Below, piece by piece: positions 49,735 through 57,307 of a DNA stretch of 64,000 bases. The notes under the pieces were generated by a model, which was given only the letters and a program-made list of their open reading frames with translations, had not been told where the DNA came from and did no database searches. Within the stretch, counting starts at the first letter, position 1. Each line of letters begins with the position of its first letter. The position numbers and the translations under genes were made by a program. Where the stretch lies: contig CAZJFL010000001.1 of assembly GCA_964545575.1 (NCBI GenBank), positions 5,742 through 69,741 on the forward strand. The letters are read 5' to 3'. Origin of the DNA: an uncultured Planctomycetales bacterium. Its GTDB lineage: Bacteria > Omnitrophota > Gorgyraeia > Gygaellales > Profunditerraquicolaceae.

Positions 49735-50784
49735 TTATATTTTAAGTTTGTCTCTGATAATCTCTGCCCGTTTTATATCCCTCTCCTCGGCAGAAAGCTT
49801 TTTTTTCTCTATTTTCTGCAAATGCGCCGGCTGGATAATAATAAACAGCTCGTTTATATGCCGGTGGTTAATCTCGCCGATGATCTTTAAATCGGAGCCC
49901 AGCCTCACCATGGATAATAACTCGATGGTCTCTTGGCTGGAGATAATCCGCGCGCTCTTTAAAATCCCGAAGCTGCGGTTGATTCTATCCTCCAGCATCT
50001 GCCGGTCATGGGAAAGCAAGGCCTGCCGCGCCTGATTCTCCTGTTCGATAATCTGCCGGATCAGGCCGTTGATATTATTGATGATTTCATCTTCGCTTGA
50101 TCCCAGGGACACTTGGTTAGAGACCTGAAACAGGTTTCCCGTGGCCTGCGTACCCTCACCGTATAACCCGCGGGTGGTAAAACTTAACTTGGATATCGCC
50201 GCCAGCACCCGGTTAATCTGGCGCGTCATCACCAGCGCCGGTAAATGCAGCATCACCGAAGCGCGCATCCCGGTGCCGGTATTTGTCGGGCAGGCGGTAA
50301 GGTATCCCCAGTCCGATAAAAAAGCAAAAGATAAATCCCGGGCCAAGCAATCGTCGAGCCGGTTGATAATCTGCCAGGCCTCGAAGATATTAAAACCCGA
50401 CTGCATCACCTGCATGCGGATATGGTCTTCTTCGTTGATCATGATCGAGACGATCTCTTCAGCGTCAAGAATAATGCCGTTGCCGTTCTTCTTCTGCATA
50501 TGCTCATGGGACATCAGATGCCTCTCGACTAAAAACTGTTTATCCACAGTATCTAAGTCCGAAAGCCTAAAGGCCGTGGTTTTTTTAAGATAATCCACTT
50601 TAAGCACCGCCTGCGTAATCGTTTTCATAACCTCCTCGCCCTGTAATTTAGACGCCCGGTGCGGAAAAGGAATTTTCTCTAAGTTCCTGGCCAGGCGCAC
50701 GCGGCTGGAAATGACAATATCGGAATTGGGGCCGGTACCTTTAAGCCATTCGCTGGTATGATTTAGCAGGTCGTCAAGTTTCAT
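49735..50784 (-). CDS. mcsB: protein arginine kinase McsB (ATP:guanido phosphotransferase)
   Basis: The phosphagen-kinase-like core has the CPTNxGTGxR signature as CPTNTGTGMR. Confidence 0.85.
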   Translation of the reverse strand: MKLDDLLNHTSEWLKGTGPNSDIVISSRVRLARNLEKIPFPHRASKLQGEEVMKTITQAVLKVDYLKKTTAFRLSDLDTVDKQFLVERHLMSHEHMQKKNGNGIILDAEEIVSIMINEEDHIRMQVMQSGFNIFEAWQIINRLDDCLARDLSFAFLSDWGYLTACPTNTGTGMRASVMLHLPALVMTRQINRVLAAISKLSFTTRGLYGEGTQATGNLFQVSNQVSLGSSEDEIINNINGLIRQIIEQENQARQALLSHDRQMLEDRINRSFGILKSARIISSQETIELLSMVRLGSDLKIIGEINHRHINELFIIIQPAHLQKIEKKKLSAEERDIKRAEIIRDKLKI

Positions 50785-51296
50785 CTTTCTGACTCTTCCT
50801 TGCCCTCTTTGTTCTCTAAGTTTTTTATCTGGTCACGCAGTTTTGCCGCTTCTTCAAAAGCCTCATTCTCAATTGCCTTCTGGAGATTACAACGTAAGGC
50901 TCCCAGGTCTACGCTTGGTTTCGGGGCTTTAGCCGTTCCCACCGGGCATTTGCCGAAATGTAAAAGCGAACCGTGGATTTTCTTCAACAGCGGCCCGAGG
51001 TATTTACGAAAAGTGGTGTAACATTCGCTGCAGCCGAGCCTGCCGATCTTCTTAAAATCCGTGTAGGTAAAACCGCAATTGGGACATTTAAGGCTTACTG
51101 CCTCTTTATCCTCTTCTGGCCGCTCAAAATCAGCTAACCCCGCCAAAAGGTCGTTTAAGCCGAACTGCTGCTCCATTTGCACGCTCTTAGCTCGCGCGCA
51201 CCCCTCACAAAGATGCAGTTCGTTCATTGCGTCGTCGATTATCTCCGTCAGATGCACGGTTGCCGGATTTTTACCGCAGATATCGCATAACATCAT
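50781..51296 (-). CDS. mcsA: McsA (activator of McsB; two Zn-fingers plus a UVR motif)
   Basis: CDICGK...CEGC and CPNCG...CSEC zinc fingers and a UvrB/C-like motif are present. The ORF track's start at 51314 is TTG, and ATGATG at 51296/51293 with GAGAGG upstream is more likely. Confidence 0.75.
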   Translation of the reverse strand: MMLCDICGKNPATVHLTEIIDDAMNELHLCEGCARAKSVQMEQQFGLNDLLAGLADFERPEEDKEAVSLKCPNCGFTYTDFKKIGRLGCSECYTTFRKYLGPLLKKIHGSLLHFGKCPVGTAKAPKPSVDLGALRCNLQKAIENEAFEEAAKLRDQIKNLENKEGKEESER

Positions 51297-51308
51297 TACC
51301 TCTCGTGG

Positions 51309-51380
51309 TATCAAAGTATCAAGGTATCATAGTATCAAAGTTTTTTCTTTGACACCCTGACACATTGATACACTGATACA
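51309..51380. repeat. Perfectly 8-bp-periodic palindromic octamer array immediately upstream of mcsA: four direct GTATCAxx units, a GTTTTTTC spacer, then four xxTGA[TC]AC units
   Basis: GTATCAAA GTATCAAG GTATCATA GTATCAAA | GTTTTTTC | TTTGACAC CCTGACAC ATTGATAC ACTGATAC. It ends 11 nt from the mcsA Shine-Dalgarno. Confidence 0.85.
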
Positions 51381-51399
51381 TATTTTTGTATTAACGATA

Positions 51400-52269
51400 T
51401 TAATACCTTACACCTTCCCTCTTAGTCAGCTCTTTAAATTTCTTCATCAGGCTCAGGGTGAGTTTACCGGGCTCGCCTCCTCCGATAACGCGGCCGTCCA
51501 CCTTGACCACTGGGATGATTTCGGCGGCCGTTCCGGTTAAGAAACATTCATCCGAAATATAGACCTCGTGGCGCGTAATCACATGCTCATGCGTAGGGAT
51601 CTTATCCTTCTTACAGATTTCCAGCACCGCATCGCGCGTAATCCCTCTTAACGTCCCCATGCATTGCGGCGGGGTATAAAGATGGCCGCGTTTAGCGATA
51701 AAAATATTGTCGCCGGTGCATTCCGCCACATAGCCTAAGGAATCCAGCATAATCGCCTCGTCAAACCCTGCGTTTACCGCTTCAATCTTAGCTAAGATAT
51801 TATTAAGATAGTTAAGGGATTTTATCTGGGGGTTAAGCGCCTCAGGGAGATTCCTCACCGTAGGCACGGTGATAATCTTCAGGCCGTCACGGTAAAGATT
51901 CTCGGGATACAAAGCTATTTTATCGGCAATAATAATTATCGCCGGCCCTCCGCTACATTTACGCGGGTCAAGCCCGAGGTCCCCTTCTCCCCTGGTTACA
52001 ATCAGGCGGATATAGGCATCTTTTAAATCATTCTTCTTTAAAGTCACAAGCACGGCTTTGATCAGCTGCTCTTTGTTTAAAGGTATCTTAAGCATGATGC
52101 TCTGCGCAGACTCAAAAAGCCGGTCAATATGCTCTTTCAGTTTAAAGACCAAGCGGTTATAGGAACGGATACCTTCAAAAACTCCGTCTCCGTATAAAAG
52201 CCCGTGGTCAAAGACAGAAACCTTAGCATCTTTTTTGTCGTAAAACTTTCCGTTGATATAGATTTTCAT
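51400..52269 (-). CDS. ilvE: Class IV aminotransferase (branched-chain amino acid / D-amino acid aminotransferase)
   Basis: 289 aa with an N-terminus typical of fold-type IV enzymes, DHGLLYGDGVFEG. Confidence 0.7.
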   Translation of the reverse strand: MKIYINGKFYDKKDAKVSVFDHGLLYGDGVFEGIRSYNRLVFKLKEHIDRLFESAQSIMLKIPLNKEQLIKAVLVTLKKNDLKDAYIRLIVTRGEGDLGLDPRKCSGGPAIIIIADKIALYPENLYRDGLKIITVPTVRNLPEALNPQIKSLNYLNNILAKIEAVNAGFDEAIMLDSLGYVAECTGDNIFIAKRGHLYTPPQCMGTLRGITRDAVLEICKKDKIPTHEHVITRHEVYISDECFLTGTAAEIIPVVKVDGRVIGGGEPGKLTLSLMKKFKELTKREGVRY

Positions 52270-52281
52270 TTTCGCTCCCTT

Positions 52282-52962
52282 CTAATTCAAAATGAGGCCG
52301 TCTTTCAAATAAATCACCCTGTCCGCGCATGAAGCAATTTCCTTATTGTGAGTTACCATTACCACCGTTACCCCGTCTTCTGCATTCAGAATCTTCAAAA
52401 GTTCCAGAATTTTTGCGCCGTTATCCGAATCCAGGTTTCCCGTCGGCTCATCGCAGAGCAGGACCTGCGGTTTATTGATCAGTGCCCGGGCGATAGCCGC
52501 GCGCTGCTGCTCTCCCCCGGATAACTGGTTCGGCCGGTGCTCGAGGCGCCCGGACAACCCCAGGCTTTCCGCTATAGACCTGGCCTGATCCCGGACCTTA
52601 GTTCTCTCTTGCCAGGAAGTCAGGACGGCAGGCAGCATAATATTTTCCAGGACATTCAATTCCGGCAAAAGATGATAAAACTGAAATACAAAACCGATCT
52701 TTCTATTCCTGAAATCCGCCCGTTCATTCTCATTAAAGCCGTAAATATTTGCGCCATCAAAAAAAACTTCTCCGCGGGTAGGATTATCCAGGCCGCCGAT
52801 AATATGTAAAAGCGTAGACTTTCCCGCTCCGGATGGCCCCTGGATAGCCAGAAACTCATTATGCGCTACTGTCAAGTTTATACCTCTTAACACTTCCAGG
52901 CTCTCGCTATCGTTTTTGTAACTCTTAAAAAGCGCCTCTGCTTTAAGTTTAGGATTACTCAT
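52282..52962 (-). CDS. lolD: Lipoprotein-release ABC transporter ATP-binding protein (LolD/MacB-type)
   Basis: GPSGAGKST Walker A and LSGGEQQR are present. The ORF track's N-terminal extension was trimmed to MSNPKLK. Confidence 0.7.
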   Translation of the reverse strand: MSNPKLKAEALFKSYKNDSESLEVLRGINLTVAHNEFLAIQGPSGAGKSTLLHIIGGLDNPTRGEVFFDGANIYGFNENERADFRNRKIGFVFQFYHLLPELNVLENIMLPAVLTSWQERTKVRDQARSIAESLGLSGRLEHRPNQLSGGEQQRAAIARALINKPQVLLCDEPTGNLDSDNGAKILELLKILNAEDGVTVVMVTHNKEIASCADRVIYLKDGLILN

Positions 52963-54166
52963 GCCTGACTGCCTCGCTGGGGTTGATGCGTGCCGCATAA
53001 TAAGCCGGGTAAATACTTGCCGATAAACTGATGATTAAAGCGCAAATTACGATAAAAGCCACATCCGCCAGATTAATGTTGGTCGGGATGCGGTCAAAAT
53101 AATAAATGTCTCTGGGGATCAGGCTCTTACCGCTAATGCGGGAGATAAAATCCACCACATTATTCAGGGAAAAGGCCAGCGCTATCCCCCCGAGCAATCC
53201 TAAAATAATACCGCTAATGCCGATACTTAAACCCTGAAAAATAAATATCTCCAGTATGCTTTTGGTTTTAGCTCCGATGGAACGCAATATTCCGATATCC
53301 TTGACCCGGCTCATCACCGACATGATCAGGGTGCTCGCAATACCGAAGGCAGCCACCACCGTAGTCATGGTCACCACGATAAACATCACCGTCTTTTCAA
53401 GCTTCAGTGCCTGCAGAAAGTTTTGATTCGTATCTACCCAGGTCCTGATCTCATACCGGCCGACATTACGAATCTTGCTGTAGATATCCTGCTTTATGGC
53501 TTGGATGCGGTAAATATCATCCACTTTAATGCCTATGCCGCTGACTAAATTACCGCTTTTAAACAGCCCCTGCGCGCCGGCGATGCTGGTCAGAATTAGG
53601 CTAGAATCATAAAGATACATCCCGCTCTTAAAAATCCCCTTGATGCGTAAATCCGTCCTGGCCAAAGTTACCGGAGAAATCAGGCTAATATTATCTCCTA
53701 AGCCGAGATTCAGGCGCAAAGCCAGCTCCTCCCCGATCACGGCTTCATTACCTTCTACCTCCAGGCTCCCCTCTTTCATATATTCCCGGATCTTGGTAAC
53801 TTTGGGCTGAAGTTTAGGGTCTATCCCGCGCACATCCATGCTGATAATCCCTGAGCCGGATTTTATAAATGCCTGCCCGGCAATAAAAGGAGCGGCGTCC
53901 TGGACATGCGGAATGCTTTTTAATTTATTAATCAGGGGGTAAGGGTCTTTCGAGCCGTAAGCAAACTCTAAAAATAAATGCGAGTTTGTCCCGACCATCT
54001 TATCCTCTAGGTATTTGTCAAAGCCGCTCATCACCGCAATCACCACGATTAAAACCAAAACGCCGATCGCAATGCCGATCATCGAGATAAATGCGGTCAG
54101 CGAAATTATCTTTTCTTTTTTGCCGGTCTTAAAATAACGCTGGGAAAGCCACAGCTCGCAAAGCAT
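52955..54166 (-). CDS. Lipoprotein-release permease LolC/LolE (FtsX/MacB-like)
   Basis: 403 aa with four TM helices, a large periplasmic domain and an FtsX C-terminus. Confidence 0.7.
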   Translation of the reverse strand: MLCELWLSQRYFKTGKKEKIISLTAFISMIGIAIGVLVLIVVIAVMSGFDKYLEDKMVGTNSHLFLEFAYGSKDPYPLINKLKSIPHVQDAAPFIAGQAFIKSGSGIISMDVRGIDPKLQPKVTKIREYMKEGSLEVEGNEAVIGEELALRLNLGLGDNISLISPVTLARTDLRIKGIFKSGMYLYDSSLILTSIAGAQGLFKSGNLVSGIGIKVDDIYRIQAIKQDIYSKIRNVGRYEIRTWVDTNQNFLQALKLEKTVMFIVVTMTTVVAAFGIASTLIMSVMSRVKDIGILRSIGAKTKSILEIFIFQGLSIGISGIILGLLGGIALAFSLNNVVDFISRISGKSLIPRDIYYFDRIPTNINLADVAFIVICALIISLSASIYPAYYAARINPSEAVRHE

Positions 54167-54169
54167 ACC

Positions 54170-55621
54170 TTAGCCTACCTCCGGCCGAAGTAGAGGAAAT
54201 AAAATCACGTCCCTGATAGACGGCTGATCAGTCAGAAGCATCACCAGCCTGTCTATACCGATACCTAAGCCGCCTGCGGGAGGCATGCCGTGCTCAAGCG
54301 CCAAAACATAATCCTCATCCAGGCTCTTCTGCTCATCGCGCTCGGCTTCCTGAATCTCTTCTTTAAAGCGGCGGTTCTGTTCGATGGGGTCGTTTAACTC
54401 CGAATAGGCATTTCCCACCTCTATCCCGGCGATATACAGTTCAAACCTCTCTGAGACCAAGGGGTTATCGGTTTTAGCTTTAGCTAAGGGGCAGAGGCTA
54501 GTAAAATAATCGGTCACAAAAGTGGGGTTAGCGCTCATATCCTGCTCTAGAATATCCTCGATGAGCTTGGCCACCTGCGAACGGCTCAGGCGTGTTGCCT
54601 CTAAGGCATTACCCTTGGCTTTTAGCTTTTTCAACATCGCTTCTGCCCCGTCGCCTGAGTCAATGCCGAATCTTTCCTTGACTAAATCGGCGAAAGAGCG
54701 CCTCTGCCAGGGTATCGCCAGATCTACGGCCTTGCCCTGATAGCTAAACTGCGTGCCGCCTAAGACTTTTTTGGCGACATCAATAATTAAATTCTGCGTC
54801 AGCCGCATCATATCCTCGTAATTAGCATAGGCAGCGTATACCTCAAGCATCGTGAACTCCGGATTATGCTTGGTAGAAACCCCTTCATTGCGGAAGCTGC
54901 GGTTTATCTCATAAACTTTATCCAGCCCTCCGACGACCAGGCGCTTGAGGTATAATTCCGGGGCAATCCTTAAATAAAGGTCCATGCCGTATTCATTGTG
55001 GTGCGTCTTAAAAGGCCTGCCGGCGGCACCCCCGGGGATATAATGCATCATCGGGGTCTCTACCTCTAAAAAACCCTCTGCTTCCAGAAAATCCCTTACC
55101 GCCTTGATAATCCGGGAACGCAGTAAAAATACTTTCTTTACTTCTTCATTGGAGAGTAAGTCCAGGTAGCGCTGCCGGTAGCGTAAATCTACGTCTTTTA
55201 AACCGTGCCACTTTTCCGGGAGCGGGCGCAAGGCCTTAGCCAGAAAGGTAAGCTCTTCGGTCTTTAGTGTAGGCTCTCCGGTATGGGTTTTAAAAAGCTC
55301 TCCCCCGGCGCTGATGATATCGCCGACATCCATATTCTCCGCTAAAGAAAAGCCTTCCTTGCCCAAGATATCTTCTTTCAGGTAAAGCTGGATCCTGCCG
55401 GTAGCGTCCCGTAAATCTAAAAAAGTGACTTTTCCATGCAGGCGCTTGGCCATAATCCTGCCGGAAAGGCTTAACTTTTTACCTTCCTGAAAGTCGGCAA
55501 GCGCGCTGCCTATATCCGTATGGGAAGACAAAAGCGGGCTATTTTTATAAACCGGCGCGCCTTTAGCCTGCAAAGCAGCAAGTTTTGCTTTTCTCTGCTG
55601 GATAATCTCGTTTAATTCCAT
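54170..55621 (-). CDS. lysS: lysine--tRNA ligase (class II)
   Basis: An OB-fold N-domain is followed by class II motifs 1 to 3, including GGLGIGIDR. Confidence 0.9.
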   Translation of the reverse strand: MELNEIIQQRKAKLAALQAKGAPVYKNSPLLSSHTDIGSALADFQEGKKLSLSGRIMAKRLHGKVTFLDLRDATGRIQLYLKEDILGKEGFSLAENMDVGDIISAGGELFKTHTGEPTLKTEELTFLAKALRPLPEKWHGLKDVDLRYRQRYLDLLSNEEVKKVFLLRSRIIKAVRDFLEAEGFLEVETPMMHYIPGGAAGRPFKTHHNEYGMDLYLRIAPELYLKRLVVGGLDKVYEINRSFRNEGVSTKHNPEFTMLEVYAAYANYEDMMRLTQNLIIDVAKKVLGGTQFSYQGKAVDLAIPWQRRSFADLVKERFGIDSGDGAEAMLKKLKAKGNALEATRLSRSQVAKLIEDILEQDMSANPTFVTDYFTSLCPLAKAKTDNPLVSERFELYIAGIEVGNAYSELNDPIEQNRRFKEEIQEAERDEQKSLDEDYVLALEHGMPPAGGLGIGIDRLVMLLTDQPSIRDVILFPLLRPEVG

Positions 55622-55680
55622 AGTTTTATAATTATATAGTAGATTTCAGGTTATGTCAATTGAAGAAAGGCGGGGGGCGG

Positions 55681-57222
55681 CTAAGGATTGACTTTAGCCT
55701 TAATCATGAATCTCACAATCGGATTGGCAGGGTCATCCGTATGCAGATAGACGTATTGTTTGACTTCCCCGCTGTAGCCCTTACTGTTAAACTGGGTTTC
55801 AATTACAGTCTCCTCTCCGGGCCCTAAGTTCCTCTTGCCTACTCTGGAAATAGTGCAACCGCAAGAAGTGGTCACGTCTTTTATATTCAGCGGCTTTGGG
55901 GAATTATTCTTAAAGATAAAAACGTGTTTTACCACATCTGCCTCTTTTACCTCGCCGAAATCCCAGGAAAAAGAGTCTATACGCTCAGCCTCCGTCCGGA
56001 CTATAGGCTTAACGCTGGTGGATATCGCAGGCGCTTGTCTGCCTTGAGAAACCTGCGTATAAAGTAAAGCTATGCCTAAAATAAAGAAAATAACCGCCAT
56101 GAGCATCTTGGTAGTCAGAAGGTGTTTCTTCAGGAATGCGGAGAATTGTTCGGAGCTCGTCCCCAACAAAGCAAAGAAGAATACCGCCAATAAAGGAACA
56201 ATAAACATCAAATTATAAAGCAAGAGGTATGCCAAAGACTGCAATTTAAGCTGCGAGGTCTTAAGAACAAAGGCGATCGTTGGAAGATACATCTGTCCGG
56301 TGCAAACCGCCTCTAATATAGAAACCAGAAAACCGGTGATTAAGGCGCTTAAAAGAAGCTTGAAGATATTGCTTTTTAAATCGCCTGGACCACTGCCGCC
56401 TTTTCGATAATGCATTCCGACTACCTTATGAATTCGGTTCTTTACCACCTCTGGCAGCTGCAGAATCAGGCCTTCTGTCTCTTTGGTCTTCAGAAACTTG
56501 AAGAAATCATAAAGGGCAAGACACCCTAAGATGATACTGAATATGCCTATGCTTGTATTTATTATCCGGGAGGCTAACCAAAACCCCTCCAGGCGGTAAA
56601 GAAAGCCGAATAGCCCGATGCCGATTAAAACATAAGTAAGAAAGACCGCCAAGATAAAGGTCAGCCCGATAGCGAGCAGCTCTCTCTTTCTGTACCCCTG
56701 CAGGGCTAAAAAAGAAATGAAAAATACGATTACTGTGAACGCGCAGGGATTTATTCCGTCGATCAGGCCGGCGCTGATTACGGCAAGGGGCCCGAAGCTA
56801 AGAAAATGTTCAAGTAAGTCGCCTTCTAAATTAAATGTTTCCTCTATCGGGGGCCGCTTTAACCCTGACTCAATAAATGCCGGAAGCGTTGTTTCTAGCT
56901 GGGTATCAGCGCTTAGAAAATAGCCCGCAAAGAAAAATATCGGCAAAGCGCCTTTTAAATCTTTAGCGTTATATTTTTCCTGCAGGCCGCGCAGCAATTT
57001 ATAATTTTTAAGGTCGGTGGTATCGCGCTGCTCTATAATAATCCTGCCCTTAAACCTCTCTTCTACGGAGGGGATTAAATTAGTTTTGACCAAGGCGCAG
57101 CGGTGGCAGTTGGGGGAATAAAACAAAATGAGCTTGCGCGGCCCGGCCGCCTCTAACTGCCCATAAACTAATGCCGCCATGGCTAGCGCCCCGATAAAGA
57201 GTAGAAGATTTTTCCTAAACAT
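55681..57222 (-). CDS. Three-part membrane protein: thioredoxin-like (CxxC), a CcdA/DsbD-like transmembrane core, and a C-terminal DUF1573 domain
   Basis: The N-terminus has NCHRC in a thioredoxin-like segment. The TM core has conserved Cys in INPCAF and AVCTG. The C-terminal beta-rich domain carries a CGC motif typical of DUF1573. Confidence 0.45.
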   Translation of the reverse strand: MFRKNLLLFIGALAMAALVYGQLEAAGPRKLILFYSPNCHRCALVKTNLIPSVEERFKGRIIIEQRDTTDLKNYKLLRGLQEKYNAKDLKGALPIFFFAGYFLSADTQLETTLPAFIESGLKRPPIEETFNLEGDLLEHFLSFGPLAVISAGLIDGINPCAFTVIVFFISFLALQGYRKRELLAIGLTFILAVFLTYVLIGIGLFGFLYRLEGFWLASRIINTSIGIFSIILGCLALYDFFKFLKTKETEGLILQLPEVVKNRIHKVVGMHYRKGGSGPGDLKSNIFKLLLSALITGFLVSILEAVCTGQMYLPTIAFVLKTSQLKLQSLAYLLLYNLMFIVPLLAVFFFALLGTSSEQFSAFLKKHLLTTKMLMAVIFFILGIALLYTQVSQGRQAPAISTSVKPIVRTEAERIDSFSWDFGEVKEADVVKHVFIFKNNSPKPLNIKDVTTSCGCTISRVGKRNLGPGEETVIETQFNSKGYSGEVKQYVYLHTDDPANPIVRFMIKAKVNP

Positions 57223-57267
57223 ACTGTTATTTTAACAGGGGGTTGTCATTTTTTCAATAAGAAATTC

Positions 57268-57296
57268 TTGCAAAATCATGCTGGCTGTGCTAAATT
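57268..57296 (+). promoter_or_regulatory. Possible sigma70 promoter (TTGCAA, 17 nt, TAAATT) with a near-leaderless start for the 896-aa gene
   Basis: The hexamers and spacing were read directly from the sequence. The ATG at 57308 has no Shine-Dalgarno. Confidence 0.3.
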
Positions 57297-57307
57297 GAAA
57301 ACCTGAT

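Noticed and set aside
51309-51380. Calling the array a canonical CtsR operator
   Set aside because: The half-site resembles GTCAAA, but the spacing is 8 bp rather than the 10 bp of GGTCAAA-NAN-GGTCAAA, and no ctsR gene is present. It is reported instead as a candidate operator for an unknown regulator.
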